Below, in pieces: positions 10,667-19,516 of a stretch of 64,000 bases of DNA; within the stretch, counting starts at the first letter, position 1; each line of letters opens with the position of its first letter. The notes under the pieces were generated by a model, which was not told where the DNA came from, made no database searches, and was given only the letters and a program-made list of their open reading frames with translations. The position numbers and the translations under genes were made by a program. This DNA comes from a phage: assembly GCA_030980935.1 (NCBI GenBank), contig GCA_030980935.1_3059.1; one strand, given 5' to 3'.

Positions 10667-11302
10667 TCACAGTTCAGATGCTACGGTGATTACTGCTTCA
10701 ATGTTTTCTTCCGAGCGTTTAATGTCAAGATACACATTACCGTTTTTAGCGATTTTACATGACATTCCGATATCAGTAAATTTCTGAATATGATGTTCCA
10801 TCATTTTGTATCCAAAAATTCGCATATTTCCATTGTTGTTAATTTCAAAATTGCGAATTCCGTGAGTGCGTTTTTCTAAAATAGCGAGATAGTTACTGCG
10901 ATAAGTTTCAACCTTTTTAAGAACAAATCCATTTTCATCTAAAAGTTTTAACATGAGGTCTTTATCTTCTTCCATATCAGAAGTAATTTCGCGAGCTTTA
11001 CGAGTTGCTCGTTTTTTCAGCAGTTCAGGAGCGTTTTCCTGTGCGTATAAAGTTGCTGCATTTGAAATAATATCCTGGGCTTCACCTGTAATGATTAATC
11101 CATCACCAGATTTCTCCACCAGGCCTTTTTTAATCAATACCCCAATATTACTATTAACTACTGCGTTACCTAAATCTGGATGCACCTCACGAACTTCTGC
11201 AGCTGTAATGAAATCTTTCTTAGCAATAGTAATTAAAATCGCAGCAGTTTTTTCATTCAGAACATCGTTAGAAGCTTTGATGATGTAAGTTACTTTAGAC
11301 AT
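10667..11302 (-). CDS. motA: Middle-promoter transcription activator MotA
   Basis: 211 aa as T4 MotA; position between arn cluster and gene 52. Confidence 0.9.
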   Translation of the reverse strand: MSKVTYIIKASNDVLNEKTAAILITIAKKDFITAAEVREVHPDLGNAVVNSNIGVLIKKGLVEKSGDGLIITGEAQDIISNAATLYAQENAPELLKKRATRKAREITSDMEEDKDLMLKLLDENGFVLKKVETYRSNYLAILEKRTHGIRNFEINNNGNMRIFGYKMMEHHIQKFTDIGMSCKIAKNGNVYLDIKRSEENIEAVITVASEL

Positions 11303-11400
11303 TTTCTAATCTCCGTAATTCTGTATCAGTAGTTGATAGTTGTATAGTACCACAGTATGCTTTGGTTGTAAACCGTTTTGTGAAAAAATTTTAAAATAAA
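11303..11400 (-). promoter_or_regulatory. Early promoter cassette upstream of motA
   Basis: Conserved block gtagttgatagttgtatagtacca plus GTTTAC -35-like element. Confidence 0.5.
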
Positions 11401-11422
11401 AAGGGAGAGCCGAGGCTCTCCC
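11385..11422 (-). terminator. Intrinsic terminator
   Basis: GGGAGAGC-CUCG-GCUCUCCC stem-loop followed by U-rich tract on minus strand. Confidence 0.6.
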
Positions 11423-11427
11423 TAAAA

Positions 11428-11577
11428 TTACTGCATGACTGTGATAACTGTCATGATAACACGTTGAATTCCGAACGCAAGAAGACCTCCTGCTACGGCT
11501 GGAACGACACCTAAACCCGCCAGTAAAATGCTACCAGATACTAATGCAGCGCTTGTAATACCAATGAATGGACTCAT
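11428..11577 (-). CDS. Small hydrophobic protein (49 aa)
   Basis: MSPFIGITSAALVSGSILLAGLGVV...; ATG overlaps gp52 stop; followed by hairpin plus U-run terminator. Confidence 0.45.
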   Translation of the reverse strand: MSPFIGITSAALVSGSILLAGLGVVPAVAGGLLAFGIQRVIMTVITVMQ

Positions 11578-12902
11578 TTGATTTCCTCTAAATCTTTAGT
11601 GTATTCAGTAACTACATCAGTAGTTTTCCAATATTCGTTTTCTTCTTTTTTGGCTTTAGCTTCTTCAGCAAGTTTCTTCGCTTCATCGGAAGTCATATGA
11701 AAAATATTCATTCCAACTAATTTATCAACATAAGAAGAATACATATCGATTTTCGAAAGTTCTTCGGTCAGTTCTTTACGAGTTTTACCCTGTACAACAA
11801 TTACACCTGAAATTACTTTCTTAATGAAATGTGCCTTGGCAAAGGCTAAACGAAAAGCTGATTCAGTTTCTTTAATTTTGTTATCAATTCGTTTTTGAAC
11901 ATAAGTTTTACGAACTTCAACAAAGTCTTTAATTAAATCAACTACGTTATCGTAAACTTGTAGTTTTCCTTTCTCATTAATAACCGTAATATTCTGAGAA
12001 CGACGCTCAATCAACCCGAAGTCTTTCATAATTTTTGCATGGCGTTCTTCTTCGTTATCGCTCAAAGAATATTCTTTACGGAATTTAACTTTAAAGCCGA
12101 AGCCGTGCTCACCACAAGCATCATCCCATGTAATGAAGCCTTTATCTTCAAGTGGGTCTAAGATTTTACTCACATAAGTTTCACGATCATACTTATACGG
12201 AATCTCAGTGATATGCATTTGAGTTCGTGAAGTAAACTTATATGTTCCACGAATTTCATATTGCCCATCAATTTCAACGACTTCACCACGAAATTCTGGG
12301 AATTCTACCTTCGGTTTAGTTACTTTCTTTCCTTGAAGAGCTTGTAATACAGCTTTCTTAACAGAAGAAACGCTATGAGGAAGAATGTAAGTTGCATAAC
12401 CAGTTGCAATACCGGAAACGCCATTAAGAAGAACAGTAGGAATAATAGGCAAATAGAAAGCAGGCGGAATGTGTTCTTTATCTTGATGTACCGGAGCATA
12501 CTCAGTATCTTTATATACGTTATAGAAATTTTTACTTACACGAGCAAAAATATAACGACTTGCCGCTGCTTTTTGAACGGTACGAGAACCGAAGTTTCCT
12601 TGACCATCTAACAGAGGAAAGTTATTATTCCAAGTGTTAGCCATCAAAGCACCTGCGTCTTGTGCAGAGTTTTCACCATGATGATATCCAAGGTCAGCTA
12701 CACCACCTGCAATAGAAGCAAGTTTGTGAAACTTATCTTTATTTCCTCGTGCCAAATCAAGAGCTCGAGCAATAACAAATCGTTGAACTGGCTTAAATCC
12801 ATCAATCATATTTGGAATGGCACGATTTTCAACCGTGTACATAGCATAAGCCAATGCTTCATTATCAATGATACTTTTTAAATCGCGATTATTCAGTTGC
12901 AT
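11574..12902 (-). CDS. 52: DNA topoisomerase II medium subunit gp52
   Basis: 442 aa as T4 gp52; topoisomerase A-subunit-like sequence. Confidence 0.9.
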   Translation of the reverse strand: MQLNNRDLKSIIDNEALAYAMYTVENRAIPNMIDGFKPVQRFVIARALDLARGNKDKFHKLASIAGGVADLGYHHGENSAQDAGALMANTWNNNFPLLDGQGNFGSRTVQKAAASRYIFARVSKNFYNVYKDTEYAPVHQDKEHIPPAFYLPIIPTVLLNGVSGIATGYATYILPHSVSSVKKAVLQALQGKKVTKPKVEFPEFRGEVVEIDGQYEIRGTYKFTSRTQMHITEIPYKYDRETYVSKILDPLEDKGFITWDDACGEHGFGFKVKFRKEYSLSDNEEERHAKIMKDFGLIERRSQNITVINEKGKLQVYDNVVDLIKDFVEVRKTYVQKRIDNKIKETESAFRLAFAKAHFIKKVISGVIVVQGKTRKELTEELSKIDMYSSYVDKLVGMNIFHMTSDEAKKLAEEAKAKKEENEYWKTTDVVTEYTKDLEEIK

Positions 12903-12906
12903 AAAT

Positions 12907-13047
12907 TTACCATACTAGTGAATGTAGTGCCATAATAACATCAGAAATGAAAAGCACGACTTGAATTAATCCGAACATTACTCCATAATATAGTGCTACC
13001 AATAAAGTAGCAAGGGCTAGTGAATAGCCCAAGATTTTCTTAATCAT
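12907..13047 (-). CDS. Small membrane protein (46 aa, 52.1-like)
   Basis: MIKKILGYSLALATLLVALYYGV...; hydrophobic; below track cutoff. Confidence 0.4.
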   Translation of the reverse strand: MIKKILGYSLALATLLVALYYGVMFGLIQVVLFISDVIMALHSLVW

Positions 13048-13198
13048 TAGTAGATAACAACACAAATGTTAAATATGCACACATACCCTGGGCTAAAGCT
13101 TGTGAAAACACACTGCTAGCATCGATACAGATAGTTAAAACACATGCTACTATCCAACAAATAAATGAAATAACTCCTAATAATTTTGCGATATTCAT
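13040..13198 (-). CDS. ac: Small membrane protein, acriflavine-resistance Ac-like (52 aa)
   Basis: MNIAKLLGVISFICWIVACVL...; size and position (52-ac-stp-ndd) match T4 ac. Confidence 0.5.
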   Translation of the reverse strand: MNIAKLLGVISFICWIVACVLTICIDASSVFSQALAQGMCAYLTFVLLSTND

Positions 13199-13205
13199 AT
13201 TTTCC

Positions 13206-13286
13206 TCACTGGCGTCCGAAGACGCCTTTAGTTTTAAGATTATTACGATAGAACTGCATCACGTGTTCGTTGTGGAAATTACTCAT
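13206..13286 (-). CDS. stp: Stp peptide (26 aa), activator of host PrrC anticodon nuclease
   Basis: Translates to [26 protein letters not shown], recognised as T4 Stp; ATG overlaps ndd stop; internal UUCG hairpin. Confidence 0.85.
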
Positions 13287-13744
13287 TAATATGCCTGCAA
13301 AACGAATTTAAAGTTATCAGCCAACATACGGTTCATTTCTTCAAGTGTTTGATACTCAGAATGATGATTACGAGTAAACGCTAAAGCTAACTGTCCTTTT
13401 CCAAATCCCGTCGTCAGAGGTTTCATCTTAGAAGCAGGCAGATAAAATACTGTGTATGGAACATTGTTATTTGCAATAGTACGTGCAAGCTGAGACCGAC
13501 GTTGACGAATATGACTTAGAACTGCGCTGAATCCTTGCTTAGAACGCTGATTACCTACATAAAATCGTGCTGACACACATGGATTACTAAATGGACGACC
13601 ATCTAATTTACTTACTAAAAAGTAAAATCCAGGTTTAGATAAAATATCTTTATGCGGAGTTCCCAAAAACCACTCACCACCCTTGATTGTACCAATAACA
13701 GTAGCGCCTGCGTTGTTCAGATCAGTAACAGTCATGTATTTCAT
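13286..13744 (-). CDS. ndd: Nucleoid disruption protein Ndd
   Basis: Track ORF 13286-13798 trimmed to the Met giving 151 aa ([18 protein letters not shown]...) with SD GAGGA upstream. Confidence 0.85.
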
Positions 13745-13802
13745 ATTAATTTCCTCTAAATTATTTTCTACTCCAAGGCCGCATGAATACGCGGCCATTA
13801 AA

Positions 13803-14018
13803 TTAATCGTCGCAGTCGACGCTCAATTCCCAAAACTCTTCTACTGTATAAGTTTCAGTATCATTTTCAATACAGAAACGTTCATTACTATTATTTGCTA
13901 AAGTAGCATTAACTGTCGGTTTCTCGCTAGTGCTCTTAAGAGGTGAAATACGAATTAACTGATCACCGTTATCTAAACAGAAAATTTCACCAACTTTTAC
14001 ATCTTTAAAACTTTTCAT
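13803..14018 (-). CDS. Hypothetical protein (ndd.1-like)
   Basis: 71 aa ORF in ndd-denB hyperplastic cluster. Confidence 0.5.
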   Translation of the reverse strand: MKSFKDVKVGEIFCLDNGDQLIRISPLKSTSEKPTVNATLANNSNERFCIENDTETYTVEEFWELSVDCDD

Positions 14019-14133
14019 AATTCACCTCAAGGAGTATAAAATCCAAATGCAGTTGTTGACCATCCCATCCAATATGGGAAATTTGCACCAATGTAAAACA
14101 TGAGAATATAAAACCAAATGTTTAGTAAATTCA

Positions 14134-14352
14134 TCATTTTACACCATTCCAAATTGTTTCAACTACGGATTTTAAACCATTTTGATGAATATCCATTCCG
14201 ACTACCGCCATCAAATAGATTCCAACTACAACTGAACCTAAGGCAAAAATCAGCATAAAAATGAATAAAGCCGGAAAAATATTATCGAAAAACCATTCAA
14301 TAAATGTAAAAGCACTGCGTTTACGCTTCATATTTTCCTCACATAAATCCAA
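14134..14352 (-). CDS. Small membrane protein
   Basis: 72 aa, hydrophobic core FPALFIFMLIFALGSVVVGIYLMAVV. Confidence 0.5.
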   Translation of the reverse strand: MDLCEENMKRKRSAFTFIEWFFDNIFPALFIFMLIFALGSVVVGIYLMAVVGMDIHQNGLKSVVETIWNGVK

Positions 14353-14452
14353 AGTAAACGTTTAATACATCAATCATTAAAACGATTGGGAATATACTCA
14401 AAACTACTAGTATTATAACTACATTCCATATAGCTTTAACAATCTTTTTCAT
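14339..14452 (-). CDS. Small membrane peptide (about 37 aa)
   Basis: Track ORF 14339-14587 runs through a promoter cassette; likely true start is ATG with SD GGAGG giving MKKIVKAIWNVVIILVV... Confidence 0.4.
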   Translation of the reverse strand: MKKIVKAIWNVVIILVVLSIFPIVLMIDVLNVYFGFM

Positions 14453-14695
14453 TTTCTGTTCCTCCGTAGTTGATAGGGTAATAGTACCACGGAAGAACAG
14501 TCTTGTAAACAACTTTTTTAAAAATATTCGTAATAAATGTGAATACCAACTACTACCGCTGAAACCTGTGCAACCCACCACGCGCAAGCAATAAGTACAG
14601 AATTCAAAATTTTCATAATAACCTCATTACAAAAGTAAATGTTAAACAAATTAATGGAATACTAATTAACCAAACGAAACACCACCATAGTGAAC

Positions 14696-14968
14696 TCATA
14701 ACTCAATCTCAGCGATTTTCATTTCATTACTATTAATAGCCGCTTTAAGACTATCTGAAAGAATTACATCCCAGTGGTCATTCATATGACCATTAATTAA
14801 GCGTGTAATTTCTTCGGGAGTTGAAAAATAAGGCGTATCAGACTCCCAATGCGATAATCCTAAGCGAGTATAAATCATACCTTCATCATCGCTAGAATAT
14901 TCAACTGACACAAACTCATCAGTTATTTTATGTTTAGCGTAATAAAATTTAAATTTCATTTTACTCAA
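14696..14968 (-). CDS. Hypothetical protein
   Basis: 90 aa ORF, coupled to upstream ORF. Confidence 0.5.
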   Translation of the reverse strand: MSKMKFKFYYAKHKITDEFVSVEYSSDDEGMIYTRLGLSHWESDTPYFSTPEEITRLINGHMNDHWDVILSDSLKAAINSNEMKIAEIEL

Positions 14969-15171
14969 TAATCCGCTAAAAGATCGACGATTGCATCACG
15001 AAGACACTTATTCGCAATACGTTTAAGGGCAATTTCAGTTTCTGGAGCATTTTGAATAATCATCGAATTCAACTCAGCCTCAGCAAACTGAAGTTCTTTA
15101 ACTAGTTCAGCTTTATATTTCCCTTGCCCTTTCTTAGCCTTTGTCCGTTTTAATTCAGCTGTAGTAAACAT
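14965..15171 (-). CDS. Hypothetical protein (68 aa)
   Basis: Track N-terminus MENKM is a TTG artefact; true start is the ATG in conserved GGAGAATAAAATG. Confidence 0.5.
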   Translation of the reverse strand: MFTTAELKRTKAKKGQGKYKAELVKELQFAEAELNSMIIQNAPETEIALKRIANKCLRDAIVDLLADY

Positions 15172-15250
15172 TTTATTCTCCAAATCCGTATTAGTTGATA
15201 GTTGTATAGTACCACAGTCCTTGTGGTATGTAAACTGTTTTATGAAATTT
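15172..15250 (-). promoter_or_regulatory. Early promoter cassette (PeSL-like)
   Basis: Near-identical to the 11303, 23146 and 43358 copies; ends in GGAGAATAAAATG. Confidence 0.5.
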
Positions 15251-15252
15251 TT

Positions 15253-15810
15253 TTAAATAGAAAGATACCATCCATTGTAGTTGCTTTTTCTTACAACCTT
15301 ACGAAGGTCTTCTCTGTCACCGATGAACTTCGGAGTGTACTGGATGACACCTGGGTGAATTTCTTTAGTGTTGAATATAATTATACAGTCAGCGACCTGA
15401 TGATTCAGAATGGGCCCTAGATTTATTCCAGAACCATATGGATACTCTCCGCTGCATCCTGTTGTTACCGAAATCCAACGTGAGTCAGTTTGATGTGTCT
15501 TAACTTCTACACGAAGCCCACAGTATTTTGGATGCGCCAATACATCCCATGCGTATGTATACGGGTCATTAACATCCTCTTGGCCTTTATTAACATACCC
15601 GCTTAGCCAATCTGCTACAAAAAACTCTGCGTACACAGCGATACGGCATCTTTCGATAACTTCTGCCTTATCCTGGTTCGGATTTTGTTTTAAAGAGTAT
15701 CTTGCTGTATCAGCAATTTTGACCTTCATTTCACTAGTCAAGTCACTGTTCGATAGAGTAAATGTCGGAATCTGAAATAGTCTCTGTAAACCCGGATTCG
15801 TTTTCTGCAT
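15253..15810 (-). CDS. denB: Endonuclease IV DenB
   Basis: 185 aa as T4 DenB; position upstream of rIIB. Confidence 0.85.
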   Translation of the reverse strand: MQKTNPGLQRLFQIPTFTLSNSDLTSEMKVKIADTARYSLKQNPNQDKAEVIERCRIAVYAEFFVADWLSGYVNKGQEDVNDPYTYAWDVLAHPKYCGLRVEVKTHQTDSRWISVTTGCSGEYPYGSGINLGPILNHQVADCIIIFNTKEIHPGVIQYTPKFIGDREDLRKVVRKSNYNGWYLSI

Positions 15811-15875
15811 TAAACTTTCCTTTTACGTCGGAATCACTGATATTCATATAAATCATAATTTCTCTTAAAACAAAA

Positions 15876-15887
15876 GGGCCGAAGCCC
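15876..15887 (-). other. UUCG-tetraloop hairpin
   Basis: GGGC-CGAA-GCCC on plus strand (UUCG loop on minus-strand RNA). Confidence 0.5.
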
Positions 15888-15893
15888 CTTATT

Positions 15894-16088
15894 TTATTTG
15901 AATTGTGCAATTCTTTTCTCTAAACATTCAGCATAAGATTTCATTGAGATAAACTGCGAAAGTAGCAGTTCTTGCTCAACTGCACTAACTGTTAGAAACT
16001 TTGCGCTTTCTAAAAATTTGCTCAGTGCATTAATTTTGAGCATTAATTGATCGTATTCTTCTTTTACTCGTGCTTGATAACCTAACAT
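15894..16088 (-). CDS. Hypothetical protein (denB.1-like)
   Basis: 64 aa ORF flanked by UUCG hairpins. Confidence 0.5.
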   Translation of the reverse strand: MLGYQARVKEEYDQLMLKINALSKFLESAKFLTVSAVEQELLLSQFISMKSYAECLEKRIAQFK

Positions 16089-16108
16089 AATTTTCCTTAA
16101 TATGATAA

Positions 16109-16120
16109 GGGCCGAAGCCC
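16109..16120 (-). other. UUCG-tetraloop hairpin
   Basis: GGGC-CGAA-GCCC downstream of rIIB. Confidence 0.5.
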
Positions 16121-17059
16121 TTATTTAAATTGTTCAGTAACGTCTTCAACTACTTCGTATTGGCAGGTACGCATTTTAGCATCGTTGTAATCAATCGGAA
16201 TTGATACTACATCACGTGGATGTACTTTAACTTTTACAACTCGGCTGGTTGAACTGCCAAAGTGACGAATATAAGATTTAGAACACACATGCAGACCACG
16301 AGAACAAGTTTGTGTATCATCGTCATTCACACGAGTACGCGGCATTTTAACTACTTTACCAGGACTGTTATCAAAGGTGTTTGAGTGACAGTCAAAGTAG
16401 TTGTCACGAACTACTTTCCAAGCATAGAAGTAACCATCTTCTGTAATTTCAATATCGTTTGCTACCAAGAAATCAAAGAGTCGAGATACCGCTTTCTGGC
16501 TTGGGTTTTCCAGCAGATTTTCCAAGAACGGAAAATAAAATTCAAAGTTTTCACCTTTTTCCATCGAATCGAGAATACGATCAACTAAACCAGACCGTAA
16601 TTCGATATTTTGATAGAACAAGCTTCCGCCTTCAATTCGAACATCGCCGGAAATATATTTTTCAACAGCGCGACGAACATTAATTTTTTGCGCAGCTTCT
16701 TCCAGCTTATCCGCTACAAGCAGATTAAGAATTTCCTGGAAGTTTGAATGAGTATTAGGAGTTGCGTTATAAGTTACACCGTCAACAGTAATTGAAATGA
16801 ATTTTTTAGATGCATTCCAAATAATGTCAGATTTAGCAACTGGAGCAATAACTGCATCGCTATTAACTTTAACTGTAATATCACCGCTAATAGTAACTTT
16901 AGGGCGTTTAGCTTCTTCAGCATTTTTCAAAACACGACGGATTGTGTCAACCGATACATCCTTCCAATAAGCTAATTCCTGCTGAGTGTAATTACCACTT
17001 GAATACAGTTTAACAATTTCAGCTTGTTCGTTTTTGGTCAGGCATTTAATATTGTACAT
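16121..17059 (-). CDS. rIIB: rIIB membrane-associated protein
   Basis: 312 aa as T4 rIIB; adjacent to rIIA. Confidence 0.9.
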   Translation of the reverse strand: MYNIKCLTKNEQAEIVKLYSSGNYTQQELAYWKDVSVDTIRRVLKNAEEAKRPKVTISGDITVKVNSDAVIAPVAKSDIIWNASKKFISITVDGVTYNATPNTHSNFQEILNLLVADKLEEAAQKINVRRAVEKYISGDVRIEGGSLFYQNIELRSGLVDRILDSMEKGENFEFYFPFLENLLENPSQKAVSRLFDFLVANDIEITEDGYFYAWKVVRDNYFDCHSNTFDNSPGKVVKMPRTRVNDDDTQTCSRGLHVCSKSYIRHFGSSTSRVVKVKVHPRDVVSIPIDYNDAKMRTCQYEVVEDVTEQFK

Positions 17060-17070
17060 AATTTTCCTTA

Positions 17071-19248
17071 TTAGGCCGCAAGGGCCTTCATAGTTTTAGC
17101 GATTTGAGAAACTTCATCATCACTTAAAGAGTTGCGATAACCGATGAAGTCGGAAACAATACGGAATTTCTTGGTAAACTCAGCAACCATTTTATCACTA
17201 TTTTTTGAAGCATTATTTGACAATACATCAAAAAGATTAGTTACTGTCCAGATGTCATGACCGATGGTACCTTTTCCACCGTTGAAATATATGCCCTGTA
17301 ATGAACTAACCATATTACCAAGGCGAGTATATTCTTCAGAAACTTCATCTACACTGAAGTACTTCATCATAAAATCTAGTTCAGGATACTTAATAATTTT
17401 ATCAATATATCGTTTAGCTGAACTTGAATAACCTACATACTTATCATAATCTACAGCATCAAAAGCATCTACATATAAATCACGCAGAGTTTCAAAAATA
17501 CATTGGCACTGACCGAGTTCTTTTACCTTTTTCTGTAAAAGCGGACGAATAACATAAAATTCATTAATGCCAATAAGATTAGCCATACGAATCAAAATAT
17601 TCATAGATGGATGACAAAGTGATGTAGTACCATCCATAGAGAAAATATCAGAACGATGCATATACGCTACATAACCAGTAATTTCATCTGCTTCTGACGT
17701 AAGTGTAAATAATTCCTCTTTTTCCCAACGCCCATCTTTAATTTCAAACTTAAATGCTGTAGCAGCTTTAGGACGAGGAGCTTTACTTTTAACTACCTTT
17801 GGAATATAGCTTTTAACTAAAGCTTCAATTTCTGACAAATAATGAATGTTAACTTCATCACTTTCAAACATTGCCATAATATCAGGAAGCAAATCAATCT
17901 GCGATTCTACTTCTGGATTAATAAACAGAAGGCGTTCGTTGTGATGAATATTCAAAGTGTTATTAAATTCACTATCATCTAACGCATGTGCTAATCCACG
18001 GACAATATTAACACGATTTTTAATATTATCAATAACGATATTAATTTTTGTTGTATTAATACCAAACAGACGATAACTTGATGCAACGGCTGAAGTTTCA
18101 TGGCTTTGCTTAATGCGTTTCAGTCGAGGGTCAAGATTTACTTCATACACAACTCCTGCATTGCATAACTTACTGTCAGGTTCAAACATGCTCTGCATTT
18201 TCTTATATGACAGATTTTTAGTCGTGAATTTGACTGAATTACTAATCATATAATCTCGAGCAGAATACCCCATCTTCATCAATTCACGATATGTGTGACG
18301 AGGAGATGTAGATTCTTTAAATCGTTTTACATCTTCATTAAATGCTTTCTCACTAAGCTCTTTAACTCGTTCAATAATATTTTTACGAGTGCGATCATCT
18401 AATGAAAGAGCTTCACGTGATGGAGCAATATCAAGTGAACCCATTGGAAATTTAATGTAATTCACTTCATTGCGAATGCTTAGCCAGTTACGGTCTCTAA
18501 TAACACCATCGATAGGATAAACAATACCGCCATAGATAGCATATAATCCACCACGATCTGGCCAATATCTTTCTGGATTTACGCCATAATAATCATCAAA
18601 ATCCGGAAAATAATCAATTTCGCGGTCAAGACCATTAATGATAGCCAAATCTTTGAATGGTCGCATGATATAAGAAACTTCATAAGCAAAGTTTCTAAAG
18701 TCTTTTTCTTCAACTGGAACTACGATTTCAATACCAGTTTTATCATTTGGACCCATTTCTTTTACGAATGTAGGTTTAATTTGTGGACCATCGCCATCCA
18801 TGTAAGCTACATAACCACGAATTTCACCTTTATGATACGAAGTAATACTAAACGTATCAGTATAACTAAACGGAGATTTAGAACCTAAACCAAATCCGCC
18901 AATAAAGTCATTAGATTCAGCCTTAGATGAACTGAAGTATGAATTATACAAACCAGGAGAATTATCATCACCCTGAATATCAAAATCACTCATACCCGGA
19001 CCAAAATCTCGGCAAACAAATCGTGGATCTAAACGTCCAGGAACTTGAATGATAAATTTTTCAGGATTTCCATTGAGAGCATGGGCATCAATCATGTTGG
19101 TAATCAATTCACGAACAACTGCGCGAATCTTATTTGTATACAAATCAGATGACAGAATTTTAAATACTTTAGGATTTGCTGCGATGCTAAATGCTTTTGA
19201 TTTAGAACCATTGCCAAGAATTGTTTCTTTTTCAGTGGTGATAATCAT
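17071..19248 (-). CDS. rIIA: rIIA protein
   Basis: 725 aa as T4 rIIA; GHKL-ATPase-like N-terminus. Confidence 0.9.
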   Translation of the reverse strand: MIITTEKETILGNGSKSKAFSIAANPKVFKILSSDLYTNKIRAVVRELITNMIDAHALNGNPEKFIIQVPGRLDPRFVCRDFGPGMSDFDIQGDDNSPGLYNSYFSSSKAESNDFIGGFGLGSKSPFSYTDTFSITSYHKGEIRGYVAYMDGDGPQIKPTFVKEMGPNDKTGIEIVVPVEEKDFRNFAYEVSYIMRPFKDLAIINGLDREIDYFPDFDDYYGVNPERYWPDRGGLYAIYGGIVYPIDGVIRDRNWLSIRNEVNYIKFPMGSLDIAPSREALSLDDRTRKNIIERVKELSEKAFNEDVKRFKESTSPRHTYRELMKMGYSARDYMISNSVKFTTKNLSYKKMQSMFEPDSKLCNAGVVYEVNLDPRLKRIKQSHETSAVASSYRLFGINTTKINIVIDNIKNRVNIVRGLAHALDDSEFNNTLNIHHNERLLFINPEVESQIDLLPDIMAMFESDEVNIHYLSEIEALVKSYIPKVVKSKAPRPKAATAFKFEIKDGRWEKEELFTLTSEADEITGYVAYMHRSDIFSMDGTTSLCHPSMNILIRMANLIGINEFYVIRPLLQKKVKELGQCQCIFETLRDLYVDAFDAVDYDKYVGYSSSAKRYIDKIIKYPELDFMMKYFSVDEVSEEYTRLGNMVSSLQGIYFNGGKGTIGHDIWTVTNLFDVLSNNASKNSDKMVAEFTKKFRIVSDFIGYRNSLSDDEVSQIAKTMKALAA

Positions 19249-19258
19249 AATTTCCTCA

Positions 19259-19462
19259 TTAATTCATATTACGCTTAATAACTTCAGCAACTTCTAGTAG
19301 TTCATCTTTAGTTGCAGTGTCGGATTGAATTTTATCTCTAATATCTTTAAAGCGGTTTTTAAATTCTTCGGCTTCTCCCATATCGAAAAAGCGTTGAATG
19401 ATTCTATATTCTCGATGAACTGCTTTATCAAAAAGTTCTAAATTTACTCTATATGATTTCAT
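19259..19462 (-). CDS. rIIA.1-like small protein
   Basis: 67 aa ORF directly upstream of rIIA; early promoter upstream. Confidence 0.6.
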   Translation of the reverse strand: MKSYRVNLELFDKAVHREYRIIQRFFDMGEAEEFKNRFKDIRDKIQSDTATKDELLEVAEVIKRNMN

Positions 19463-19516
19463 TTCAATATCCTCATTTGCCCAATTAATTATACCACATC
19501 CTTGTGGTAAAGTAAA
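19463..19516 (-). promoter_or_regulatory. Early promoter upstream of rIIA.1/rIIA
   Basis: Minus strand TTTAC...TATAAT. Confidence 0.45.

Noticed and set aside
14339-14587. 82-aa version of ORF 14339-14587
   Set aside because: N-terminal 45 codons run across the promoter cassette; real gene is the short hydrophobic peptide starting at the ATG after GGAGG
14965-15183. N-terminal MENKM extension on three track ORFs (14965-15183, 22876-23157, 43121-43369)
   Set aside because: Arises from a TTG in the conserved GGAGAATAAAATG cassette; GGAG is the SD and the second Met is the real start
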